Of a stretch of 64,000 nt of DNA, positions 41,197 to 52,400 are shown one piece after another (within the stretch, counting starts at the first letter, position 1; each line of letters starts with the position of its first letter). The position numbers and the translations under genes were made by a program. The DNA lies in contig JANXYX010000022.1 in NCBI GenBank assembly GCA_025408425.1, forward strand, positions 52,937-116,936, read 5' to 3'. The notes under the pieces were generated by a model that searched no databases, had not been told where the DNA came from, and saw only the letters and a program-made list of their open reading frames with translations. Source of the DNA: Granulicella sp. (GTDB lineage: Bacteria; Acidobacteriota; Terriglobia; Terriglobales; Acidobacteriaceae).

Positions 41197-42252
41197 ATGG
41201 CAGAGGCGCTCAACTTGAAGGCATTACTTCTTACTGAATATAGTCAATTGGCTGTGGCCGAGGTGCCCCGTCCGGATGTGGCGGCGAACGAAGTGCTGGT
41301 TCGCGTAGAAGCTTGCGGGATCTGCGGCAGCGATGTGCATGGGTATGACGGGTCGTCGGGGCGGCGGATTCCTCCGATTGTGATGGGGCATGAGGCGGCT
41401 GGTGTGGTGGCTTCGGTAGGTGCGGGTGTGACCGGATTTTCCGAGGGTGACCGCGTGACGTTCGACTCGACGGTTTATTGCGGCAAGTGCGCTTACTGCC
41501 TGCGGGGCGAGGTTAATCTGTGCAGCGACCGGCAGGTGGTTGGTGTTTCCTGCGGGGACTATCGGCGAGCTGGGGCGTTTGCGGAGTTCGTATCTGTACC
41601 GCAACACATTGTGTACCGTCTGCCGGATCAACTGGGATTCCCCGAGGCTGCGATGCTGGAAGCGGTGTCGGTCGCGTTGCATGCGGTTCGGGTTACGCAG
41701 GTGAAGGGCGGGGAGACGGCACTGGTGATTGGCGCCGGGATGATTGGGCTGCTGACGATGCAGGCGGCGCAGATTGCGGGCTGCTCGCGAGTGATGATTG
41801 CGGATGTCGATGAGACGCGGCTGGAGCTTGCGAAGAAGGTAGGGGCGACGGAGACGTTGCTGCTATCTGGAGCGGAGCTGGTGGCCGAAGTGTTGCGGCG
41901 GACAAATGGTGAAGGAGTCGATCTGGCTCTGGAGGCGGTTGGCCGCAATGAGACGGTTTCTGGTGCCATCGACTGCGTCCGCAAGGGCGGGACTGTGACG
42001 CTGGTGGGAAACATTGCGAAAGAGGTTACGTTGCCGCTGCAGAAGGTGGTGACGCGGGAGATTCGGTTGCAGGGATCGTGCTCGTCGGCTGGGGAGTATC
42101 CGCAGGCGATGGAGTTGGTCGCGAGTGGGCAGATGCGGGTGAAGCCGCTGATTACGGCAGTAGCTCCGTTGAGCGATGGACCGGAGTGGTTTGAACGGCT
42201 GCACTCGCGAGAGCCGAATTTGATGAAGATTGTACTGAGTCCAACTATATGA
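41197..42252 (+). CDS. zinc-dependent alcohol/polyol dehydrogenase (MDR family)
   Basis: GICGSDVH, GHE, and structural-zinc C..C..C.......C motifs, with Rossmann GAGMIGL. Start placed at MAEALNLKA..; the track ORF starts at 41068. Confidence 0.85.
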   Translation: MAEALNLKALLLTEYSQLAVAEVPRPDVAANEVLVRVEACGICGSDVHGYDGSSGRRIPPIVMGHEAAGVVASVGAGVTGFSEGDRVTFDSTVYCGKCAYCLRGEVNLCSDRQVVGVSCGDYRRAGAFAEFVSVPQHIVYRLPDQLGFPEAAMLEAVSVALHAVRVTQVKGGETALVIGAGMIGLLTMQAAQIAGCSRVMIADVDETRLELAKKVGATETLLLSGAELVAEVLRRTNGEGVDLALEAVGRNETVSGAIDCVRKGGTVTLVGNIAKEVTLPLQKVVTREIRLQGSCSSAGEYPQAMELVASGQMRVKPLITAVAPLSDGPEWFERLHSREPNLMKIVLSPTI

Positions 42253-43040
42253 GCGAGAAGCAGTTGTTTGATTTGACGGGACAGGTTGCGATTGTGACCG
42301 GCACGAGCCGGGGGCTAGGGCAGTATCTGGCGATGGCGTTGGCGAAGGCCGGGGCTGATCTGGTGCTGACGAGCCGGGATAAAGAGTCGCTGGCGCCGTT
42401 TGAGGCGGAGATCAAGGCGCTGGGACGGCGGTGCATCTCGCTGGCGCTGGATGTGCGGGACTATGGCAGCATTCAGCAGATGGCAGCGGATGCGGAAGCG
42501 GCGTTCGGGCAGATTCATATTCTGGTGAACAATGCGGGCTGTAATGTGCGGAAGCCGGCGCTGGAGGTGACGTGGGATGACTGGAACCTGGTGCTGGAGA
42601 CGAACCTGCGGGGAAGCTTCTTTGTGGCGCAGGCGCTTGCGAAGGGGATGATCGAGAAGAAGTATGGCCGGATCATCAACATCGGGTCGGTGACGAGTGT
42701 GTTTGGGGCAGCAGGACTGGGGCCGTATTGCGCGAGCCGGGGCGGGGTGAAGCAGATGACGATGAGCCTGGCGGACGACTGGGGACCGCATGGGATCAAC
42801 GTTAATTGTCTGGCTCCGGGGTGGTTCAAGACGGCGCAGAACCAGGTGATGTACGAGAACAAGGAGTGGGTCGAGTACATCGTGGACCGGATTCCTCTGA
42901 AGCGTCCGGGGCAGCCGCACGATCTGGATGGGGCGGTGGTGTTTCTGGCGTCGCAGGCGAGTGAGTACGTGACTGGGCAGACGTTGCTGGTGGATGGCGG
43001 CATTTCTACTGGAGCGATGCGAGCTACGGTGAAGAAGTAG
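42249..43040 (+). CDS. SDR family oxidoreductase (KduD / gluconate 5-dehydrogenase-like)
   Basis: TGxxxGxG (VTGTSRGLG), NNAG, and catalytic YxxxK (YCASRGGVK). The start overlaps the upstream stop. Confidence 0.9.
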   Translation: MSEKQLFDLTGQVAIVTGTSRGLGQYLAMALAKAGADLVLTSRDKESLAPFEAEIKALGRRCISLALDVRDYGSIQQMAADAEAAFGQIHILVNNAGCNVRKPALEVTWDDWNLVLETNLRGSFFVAQALAKGMIEKKYGRIINIGSVTSVFGAAGLGPYCASRGGVKQMTMSLADDWGPHGINVNCLAPGWFKTAQNQVMYENKEWVEYIVDRIPLKRPGQPHDLDGAVVFLASQASEYVTGQTLLVDGGISTGAMRATVKK

Positions 43041-43328
43041 GCTGTCTGGGGTCTTGTCCGGGATCTGTCTGGGAAAGATAGCGGGTGCTCCGCAGCCGTG
43101 TCGCGCATGAAGGCGGGATGGTGGTGGCTGGTGCATACGGCTTCTTTCTGACGTTACTTGGGGGGGTGCCCCCCGGGGGTTGGTGGGTGTAAGTTGCTTA
43201 GTTTGAGCGACATGCTGAAATCTACCTGCGTAAGTTGTTGTTAGCAGAGGATTTATTGGTAAATATTAGATTCTAAATGAGTTATGTCTCTCCTGGGTTG
43301 TAGCGATTAAATGGGCGGTTAAATGGAA

Positions 43329-43370
43329 AGGCCCCAGCGATAGCCGGGGCCTACTTTGTTATCTCTTTTA
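43329..43370 (+). terminator. hairpin + T-rich tract about 290 nt downstream of the nearest plus-strand gene
   Basis: AGGCCCC-AGCGATAGCC-GGGGCCT followed by ACTTTGTTATCTCTTTT. Confidence 0.4.
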
Positions 43371-43562
43371 ATTGTAGAGGATTGGGTGGAACTCGCAGAC
43401 AGTTTTTATTGTCTTTGTTTTGTTTGAGATAGGCGGTTTTGGGGCTTGACAAGACTCTTTGGCTAAAAGCGCCTAATGTGTTGTTGGCGACGGATGGCGC
43501 AAGGCAGATTCCTGCTGGATGACAGATCTGGAGGATCGAGCAAGGGGCAGGGCCACAAGTGG

Positions 43563-44951
43563 TTAGTGTTGGGGTTCTGGGGCTATGCGCTCGATTTTTC
43601 CGAGCAGGAAGATGTAGCTGGCGATGCCGATGAGCAGGTAGGTGGCGGCGACGTAGAAGGCCCATGCGTAGGAGTGGCGTACGGCGACGACGTATCCGGT
43701 GATGAGTGGTGCGGCGATTCCTGAGAGCTGATTGGAGAAGTTGAGGATTCCGCCGAGGGTTCCTACGCTGCCGCGGGGGGCGAGCATGGAGGTGATGCTC
43801 CAGCCGACGGGTGCGGCGACCGAGAGGCCACCGATGGAGATGCTGATCCAGATAAGTGCGGCGAGGGCGGTGTGGACGTGTGCGGCGCCGAAGATGCCGA
43901 GGCCGAAGGTAGTTCCGGCGATGAGGGCGGTGCGGCGGACGGTGCTCTGGTTCCAGCCGCGGCGGACGAGTGCGTCGACGAGGAGGCCGCCGATGCAGAG
44001 GTCGGTGACGGTGGCGAAGAGCCAGGGTGCGGCGGTGTAGAGGAAGGAGTGGAGGAGGTCGATGTGGAGTTCTGCGGCGAGGTAGCTGGGTAGCCAGGTG
44101 AGGAGGAGGTAGAAGACGTAGTTGTAGGAGCCGAAGCCGAGAGCGAATCCGATGACTTTTGGCTGGCGGAGGAGGTAGCCGAGGGATGAGGGGGGTGGCT
44201 CCGGGACGTGGGTGTGGTTGGGGGTGAAAGGGTCTTCGGCCTGGATGTAGTCGCGTTCGGCGTCGGTCAGGTGCGGGTCGTCCTGGGGGTCGCGGTAGAC
44301 GCCGTAGAAGATGGCGAGGTAGGCGAGGCTGATGAGGCCGGTGGCAGCAAAGCTCCAGCGCCAGCCGATCTTGATGAGCAGCATGCCGATGAGGGGGACG
44401 CCGATAGCGGGGGCGAACTTTGCGGCGGAGTCGAAGATGGAAGTGGCGAAGCTGCGCTCTGAGGAGGGGAACCAGAGGCCGGTGGCCTTGGCGTTGGCGG
44501 GGAAGGTGGGAGCTTCGCCGATGCCGAGGAGGAGACGCGCACCGAAGAAACCACTGAGGTTAGGAGTGATGGCGGCGGCGAAGGAAGCAACGCTCCAGAT
44601 GAAGATGCTGATGCGACCAACGCGCTTGACGCCGAACTTATCGAGCAGCACGCCGATGGGGAGTTGGCAGAGGGCATAGGTCCAGTTATAGGCTCCGGAG
44701 AGGTAGCCGAAGGCGACGTTGGAGATGCCGAAGGTGGTGTAGAGAGCCGCGTGGGCGACAGAGAGATTGACGCGGTCGAAGTAGTTGACGAGGACGCCGA
44801 GGCCGAGGAGGCAGGCGATGCGCCATCGCCGCCGGGGGATGGTGATGGTTGAGGGGCGTCGTGTGGCGGAAGGGATCGTGATCAGAGGTGCACCATGGTT
44901 CGCGGTTGAAAGAGGGCTTCGATATTGCGCCTGTGCGGTGGAAGGAGCCAC
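43563..44951 (-). CDS. MFS transporter (anion:cation symporter/hexuronate-type)
   Basis: 462 aa, 12 TM. ..YFDRVNLSVA.. and ..LLGIGEAPTFPA.. are typical of the ACS/ExuT-like subfamily. N-terminus uncertain. Confidence 0.8.
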   Translation of the reverse strand: MAPSTAQAQYRSPLSTANHGAPLITIPSATRRPSTITIPRRRWRIACLLGLGVLVNYFDRVNLSVAHAALYTTFGISNVAFGYLSGAYNWTYALCQLPIGVLLDKFGVKRVGRISIFIWSVASFAAAITPNLSGFFGARLLLGIGEAPTFPANAKATGLWFPSSERSFATSIFDSAAKFAPAIGVPLIGMLLIKIGWRWSFAATGLISLAYLAIFYGVYRDPQDDPHLTDAERDYIQAEDPFTPNHTHVPEPPPSSLGYLLRQPKVIGFALGFGSYNYVFYLLLTWLPSYLAAELHIDLLHSFLYTAAPWLFATVTDLCIGGLLVDALVRRGWNQSTVRRTALIAGTTFGLGIFGAAHVHTALAALIWISISIGGLSVAAPVGWSITSMLAPRGSVGTLGGILNFSNQLSGIAAPLITGYVVAVRHSYAWAFYVAATYLLIGIASYIFLLGKIERIAPEPQH

Positions 44952-44972
44952 AGGCGCGATGCTGGCTGCGGG

Positions 44973-46154
44973 TTAGTGTTTGTGCGAGCGGCTATAGATT
45001 TCAACTTCAGAGCCGGCCATGAGGAATGCTCCGGTGCCGAAGACGTAGCTGGAGCCGGGGAGGAAGACTCCGGGAGCTCCACCGATGGGTTGGATGCAGC
45101 CGAGACGCCCATCCTGGTAGATGTGGCCGACGAGGCCTTTCCAACCTTTGGCGACGATGGGGCCGTATTTTTTCTGGTCGAGGATGTGATGGTTGATGCC
45201 CCAGGCGAGAGCGTAGACGAAGAAGGATCCGCCGGAGTTCTCAGGGAGCGGGTAGTCTGCTGCGTCGAGTAGTCCGGGCCCCCAGAGTCCATTTTCTCCC
45301 TGGAGAGATGCGATCTTCTCCGCCATGTCTTTGAACTTGTCGAGGTAAAAGGCTCTGCGGGGATCGTTGGCTGGGAGCTCGTCGATGGTGCGGACGAGAC
45401 CGCCCATGACCCAACCGTTGCCGCGAGACCAGAAGATTTTTTTGCCGTTCTTCTCGCGCTTATCGAAGTAGGTGGCATCACGGTAGAAGAGGTGTTCCTC
45501 CTTGTCCCAGAGGAGGTCGGAGGTGATGTGCCACTCGTGATCCATATAGGTGGCGTATTTGGGGTCTCCTGTCGCTTTGGAGAGGCCAGCCCAGGCAGGA
45601 GGCGCCATGAAGAGTGCGTCGCACCACCACCAGAGGGGCTTGGCGGGGTCGTCGGGCTGGAGCATGACGCGGTCGAACTGTTGGCGGGCGGGTGCGATGC
45701 GGCTGGGATCCTGCTTGAGGCGGTAGAGGCCGATGTAGGCCTGTGCGACGGCCTGGTCGTCGGCGTGGGTCTGACGATTTCCGAGGGTCCAGTCGAAGTG
45801 CTCGCCGACGTGCTGAACCGCGGTGGCGTAGCGATCATCCTTGAGGGTCGCCGACGCGGAGAGGAAGCCGGCGTAGAGTGTGGCGAAGGTCCAATCCTGG
45901 CTGGGAGTGTTGGCTACTATTGCAAGCTGCCAGTCGGCGACGCGCTTCATGGCCAATTTAATATTGGTTGGCTTGAGCTCGGGGGAGAGATCTGTGGCGA
46001 GGGGGCCGGGGTCGGTTGAGTTGTCGCCGACCTGGGGGATGCGTTCACTGGCCGGGATTCCGCCTTGCGCGAGCAGAGGACTTGCGGTGACTTGTACTGC
46101 AACAATAGAAGCAGCAAGCAGTGCGAGTGTGATGCCATAGCGTGCAGGTGTCAT
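44973..46154 (-). CDS. glycoside hydrolase family 88/105 (unsaturated uronyl/rhamnogalacturonyl hydrolase-like), secreted
   Basis: ..DALFMAPPAW.. and ..FWSRGNGWVMGGL.. motifs. Signal MTPARYGITLALLAASIVAV. Start placed at the ATG at 46154; the track ORF extends to 46430. Confidence 0.8.
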   Translation of the reverse strand: MTPARYGITLALLAASIVAVQVTASPLLAQGGIPASERIPQVGDNSTDPGPLATDLSPELKPTNIKLAMKRVADWQLAIVANTPSQDWTFATLYAGFLSASATLKDDRYATAVQHVGEHFDWTLGNRQTHADDQAVAQAYIGLYRLKQDPSRIAPARQQFDRVMLQPDDPAKPLWWWCDALFMAPPAWAGLSKATGDPKYATYMDHEWHITSDLLWDKEEHLFYRDATYFDKREKNGKKIFWSRGNGWVMGGLVRTIDELPANDPRRAFYLDKFKDMAEKIASLQGENGLWGPGLLDAADYPLPENSGGSFFVYALAWGINHHILDQKKYGPIVAKGWKGLVGHIYQDGRLGCIQPIGGAPGVFLPGSSYVFGTGAFLMAGSEVEIYSRSHKH

Positions 46155-46408
46155 GAATGGTGATTCCTCTTGCAGGTTTGGATTGCGGAGCACTGCTGCT
46201 CGACTGCTTTTGGCGAGTATTTGCGGCTCGACCATGATGCCTTGGGTGCAGGCACTCTGGCAACTGCGGAGTGCTATGAACGCGGGGATGGAGGGCCTGT
46301 GGCGATGCGAGGGCCAAAGGGGCTGGGATGAGCGTGCAACTTTCGGGTGATTCCTGCGCAAATTAGTGCGGGTTACGTTGTGTTCAGGCCCTCCCCTGTT
46401 GTCGCACC

Positions 46409-49400
46409 ATGGTGCCTTTGAGGAACCCAATGACTACTATGTCTTCCCGTTCCCTGCGACCTGCTTTTTTGTCGCGCTTTCGCGCTTCTCATGTTCGCGC
46501 GGTGATCGTCGCTATCGCGGCCCTTTTGGGGCTGCCATTTGCGCATGCTTCGGTGCAATCAACGACGACCGCTCTGGCGATCTCATCCACGTCGGTACCG
46601 TACAGGACGCCTATCATTCTGACGGCGACGGTGACCGCGGGTGGCTCACCGGTGACTGCAGGACTGGTGCTGTTCTGCGATGCGTCGGCAGCGTTCTGCG
46701 AGAACAACTCGGCTTTGGGCTTCGCACAGCTAACGTCTCCGAATGCAACTGCGGTGCTGAAGATTGGAAGCGGCCCACTGGGCGCACACAGCTACAAGGC
46801 TGTCTTTCTGCCGAATAATTTGTATGCGCAAAGTGTATCTAATACAGTTACCTATTCTGTGATCGGGACCTATACTTCGACGACGAGCATTGGCGCGACC
46901 GGAAGTGTGGGGAACTACACGCTGTCGGGAACAGTGGTGGGCATTGGTTCTTTATTTAACGGTCCGACTGGCACGGTGTCGTTTCTGGATGCGAGTGCCG
47001 GTAACAACATTCTGGGGACACAGCCGCTTGGATCTGCGACGCTGGTCGACGCCTTTATACAAGCACCGAACTCACCGTTTGCGATTGGCACGCCTACTCC
47101 GCCGGGCAACACAGAGACGAACCGGTCAGTCGCCATTGCATCGGCCTACCTGGATGGCGACAACAACCTGGACGTGGTTACGGGTGACGCGTTCCAGACG
47201 ATTTCAGTGATGCTGGGCAATGGTGATGGCTCATTTCGGCCGAAGGTAAATTACCCGGGATGCCCGCAGGGTAAGGCGATGAAGATTCTATTGTCTGACG
47301 TTAATCGCGATGGCAATACCGATGTGGCACTGGGTTGCTCTACCGGATCGACTGGCGGATCCATTGGCGGCCTGGTGATACTTCTGGGCAATGGCGACGG
47401 CACGTTCCAGACGCCGGTGGAGTATCTCTCGGGCGATGTAGCTGGTATGGCGATGGGCGACTTCAACGGTGACGGCATCCTGGACTTTGTTGTGACCGAT
47501 GGGACTCAGCAGGACGTCAAGATATTTTTGGGCAACGGCAATGGCACTTTCCAGAGCGGAGTCGTCGCACTGACGCCCATCAATCACCCGCATAACGTGA
47601 TTGTTGCGGACCTGAATGGTGACGGCAAGGATGACTTGGCGTTTGCGGTGGGTACCGCTGTGCCTTCCAGCGCATTATCGGACCTCTATGTGGCGCTTGG
47701 GAATGGTGATGGCACGTTCCATGCAGCGACGAAAGTTGCATCTCAGATTGGCGAGTTTCTAACGACTGGTGACACCAATGCAGATGGTATTGCAGATGTT
47801 GTGTCGAGTACGATCACGCTCAGCGTGAAAATAGGGAATAACCTTTGGGTTTTGATTGGTAAAGGTGATGGAACCTTCCAGACGCCGGTCAACTATATCT
47901 CTGATATTCCTTCGGACCCGCACCTCACCGACGTAAATGGCGACGGCAAGACTGACATTATCGCGGGCGGAAGCTATGGCGCGCTGGTGTATGTGGGGAA
48001 TGGTGACGGGACGTTCCAGCCTTATAACGAACCAGTGATTGGTGGCTTCTCGCTAACGTATGCGGTGAATGCGGGCGACTACAACAACGACGGCAACGCG
48101 GATTTGATCGGTACGGATGCTGCAACTCCGCGAGCTGCGGTTGCGCTGAGTGAAGTACAGCAGACTGCTAGTGCTGCTGCGTTGACGGGCGTTGCGGTAT
48201 TCCCGCTGGGCAGCGGTACGCACAATGTGGATGCGAGCTATTCTGGCGACGCACGGTATACGACGAGCATCTCTAACACAACCGCAGTACTGGCTGCGCC
48301 TACACCTACTACGCTCACACTGTCGGTTGTGCCGTCTTCGGCCAGCCTCGCGGGTCAGAGCATTACGCTGACGGCGACGTTGTCTCCCTATACTGTTGGG
48401 CCACCGACGACTACGACGAATGGCGAAGCAGTGAAGTTTTATAGCGGAGCTACGCTGGTGGGCTCGGGTACGTTGAGCAATGGCGTTGCTACCCTGACAA
48501 CGAGCACTTTGCCGGTGGGAACGAATCCGCTGAAGGCCGTGTTCGCAGGTGATTCCAACTACAATCCGAGCAACTCCGGCACGGTCAGCGTTACGGTTTC
48601 AAATATTCTGATTGCGTCCTCGCTGAATCCCTCCACCTATGGCCAGGCGGTTACGTTTACTGCGACTGTAGCGGTTGCGGCGACAGGCACGGTGACGTTT
48701 ATGGATGGCGGGACGGCGCTGGGTACCAGTGCGATCAGTGGTGGGATGGCTACGTTCACCACATCATCGCTGCTGGCGGCGACGCACGATATTACCGGCA
48801 TCTATAGCGGGGACGGCACGCACAGCGCGGCTACCTCGCCGGATCTCTTCCAGGTGGTAAACAAAGCGAGCCCGACTTTGACGGTTGGCACCTCTGGTGC
48901 GAGCACTTATGGCGGCTCCGTAACGATTACTGCGACCCTGCCTACTGGTGTAACCGGAACGGTTACATTTACCAGCGGGGGCGTAACCGTGGGTAGCGGA
49001 ACCGTAAGTGGTGCGGGCACGGTGGCGATCACGACGAGCACTCTGCCAGCCGGAAGCGATACGATCACCGCGAGCTACGGTGGCGATGGCAACAACAACT
49101 CTGCGACTGGATCTACGACGCAGACGGTGGCGAAGGCGACTCCTGTTCTGCCAGCGCCGGTGGCTACACCGAGCACTCCCACGACGGCAAACTCCGTGAC
49201 GCTAACGGAGACGGTGCCAAGTGGAGTTTCAGGGCCTGTCACGTTCTATAACGGTGCGACAGTGCTGGGAACGGTTCCAGTCTCTGGTGGAGTAGCGACT
49301 TTGTCGTTACCTTCACTTCCGCTGGGAGCGAATCCAATTACGGCGAGCACTCCGGGAGACTCGAATAATAATCCGGCGACTTCACCGACGACGACAGTGA

Positions 49401-52400
49401 CGGTGATAAAAGCTACGCCGACAGTGACAGTAACGACCTCTGGTCCGAGCACGTACGGTGGCACGGTGACGATTACCGCGGCAGTTCCTCCAGGGACGAC
49501 CGGTACGGTGACGATTTCGAGTGGCGGAGTGACGCTGGGCAGCGGCACGGTAAATCCGACGACCGGTACGGTGGCGATTTCGACCACTGCGTTGCCAACG
49601 GGAACGGATACGATTACCGCGAGCTATGGCGGAGATGCGAACAATAACCCTGCGACTGGCACGACGACGCAGACAGTATCGAAGACGACGCCCACGGTGA
49701 CGGTGACGACCTCTGGCCCGAGCACGTACGGTGGCACGGTGACGATTACCGCGGCGGTTCCTCCGGGAACGACGGGCACGGTAACGGTGACGAGCGGTGG
49801 CGTGACGCTTGGTTCCGGCACGGTAGATCCGACGACGGGTACGGTGACGATTACAACCACGGCACTGCCGACGGGCACCGATACGATTACCGCGAGCTAT
49901 GGCGGAGACGTGAACAACAACCCTGCGACAGGGACCACGACGCAGACGGTATCAAAGACGACGCCTACGGTGACAGTGACGACGTCGGGCCCAAGCAACT
50001 ACGGTGACCCGGTGACGATTACCACGACTGTTCCTGTGGGAACGACTGGCACGGTGACGGTGACGAGTGGTGGCGTGACGCTGGGTAGCGGCACGGTAAA
50101 TCCGACGACTGGCACGGTGACGATTACGACCGGGTCGCTGCCGGCTGGAAGCAATCCGATTACAGCTATTTACGGTGGTGACACCAATAACAATCCGAAC
50201 TCGGGATCGACAACGCAGACGGTGAGCAAGGGGAGCCCGACCTCAACGCTGACTTCGTCACAGAATCCCTCGACAGTGGGAAGCCCTGTGACCTTTACCG
50301 ATACATTACCTACTAACGTTACTGGAACAGTTACATTTACAAGCGGCGGGACGGTTCTGGGGACAGCTACAGTGACGAATGGCGTGGCGACGTTGACCAG
50401 CTCGACGCTTTCGGCCGGCAGCGATCCGGTGACTGCTACCTACAGCGGGGATGCAAATAACAACGGAAGTTCGGCAAGCCTGACTCAGTCGGTGAACAAG
50501 GACACACCGACATTGACGGTTACTACTTCTGGACCGAGCACCTATGGCGGCTCTGTGACGATTACGGCCAGTCTGCCTCCAGGACCGACTGGCACAGTGA
50601 CGATTACGAGTGGTGGCGTGACGCTGGGCACCGGAGTCGTTGGGCCAACGGGTATTGTGACGATTACGACGGCAACGCTTCCTGTGGGCAGCAACACGAT
50701 TACGGCGAGCTACAGCGGTGACACGAGCAACAACGCGGTGACTGGCGTGACGGTACAGACGGTAGCGAAGGGCGCTCCTACGGTGACGCTGACTTCGTCG
50801 GCCAACCCCTCCACGACGACACAGCCCGTAACGTTTACGGCAACCCTGCCAGGTAACACGACGGGATCTGTAACGTTCTACGACGGATCGACGGTTCTAG
50901 GGACCGGTACGATTGTGAATGGGGTAGCGACTCTCACGGTTGGCAGCTTGACTTCGGGATCGCACACCGTGACGGCGAGCTACAGCGGCGATACGAATAA
51001 CAACGCCGGAACATCGGCACCGCTGACCCAAGTGGTGAACAAGACGACGCCGGTGCTGCCAGCGCCGGGTGTGTCGTCTGCTTCACTGAACGCAACAAGC
51101 CCGGAGACGATTACGGAAGTGGTGCCTGCGGGAGTGACGGGGCCGGTCTCGTTCTATAACGGATCGACGCTGCTGGGAACCGCGACGATTGTGAACGGGG
51201 TTGCGACGTTGACGGTGCCGTCGCTGCCGATTGGTACGGACCTGATTACGGCAACAACGCCTGCTGACGCAGACAATAATGCGGCGGTATCACCGGCGAC
51301 GACAGTTACTGTGACGAAGACGTCACCGGTTCTAGATCCGCCTGTGGTTTCTACGACGACGGCGGTGGCAGGGACGCCGGTGACGATTACTGAGCCGATA
51401 CCGCCAGGAGTGACTGGGCCGGTTTCGATCTATGACGGACCGACGCTGCTGGGGACTGTTCCGGTGGTCAATGGCACCGTGACGATAACGGTGACTACGC
51501 TGCCGCTGGGCCCGAATCCGATTACGGTGGTGACGCCGGGTACTTCAACGACGAATCCGGCTACTTCGCCGGTGGTCACGGTGACGATCACCAAAGCAGT
51601 GGCAACGGTGACGCTGACCTCTTCACACAACCCTGCGTTGATCGGTCAGTCGGTAACATTTACTGCGCTGACGACGGTTGGCACCACCGGTACAGTTACC
51701 TTCATGGACGGCGCGACTGTGTTGGGCATTGGCACAGTGAACGCATCGGGATTGGCGACGTTTACTACTTCATCCCTGACGGCTGGATCGCACACGATTA
51801 CCGCAGCGTACGGGGGCGATACGACCTATGGCACGGCGACATCCGGAGTGCTGTCTGAGGTGGTTACGAAAGCGGTCTCGGGGATTGCGTTGATCGAGAG
51901 CAGTCCGACCGAGTTGCTGGGAACGTCGGTGACGTTTACAGCGACTGTGACAACAGCGAGCCCGACGCCTACGGGTACAGTGACGTTCTTCGACGGCACG
52001 ACTGCACTGGGCACGACTGCGCTGAGCACCAACGGCAGCGTGGTTGTGACGTTGGCAACGAGTGGCAATGCTGCCTATGCGACGAGTACGTTGACTGCAG
52101 GATCGCATCAGATCACGGCGATTTTCTCTGGCGACAGCAGTTTCGCGGGTAGCAGTTCCGCCCCGGTGACGAATATCGTGCAGGACTTTACCGCCACGAC
52201 TAAGGGAGTGACGTCGCAGAATGTCTTTCCTGGAGACTCTACGAGCTACAGCTTTACGTTGACTCCCGTAGGAGCGAGCACCTTCCTGAGTAACTTGACT
52301 CTGACGGTGACTGGACTGCCGACGGGTGCCAATTACACCTTTACCCCGGCGACGATCGCTGCGGGGAGTGGTGCAACGGATGTTGTGCTGAATGTGCAGA

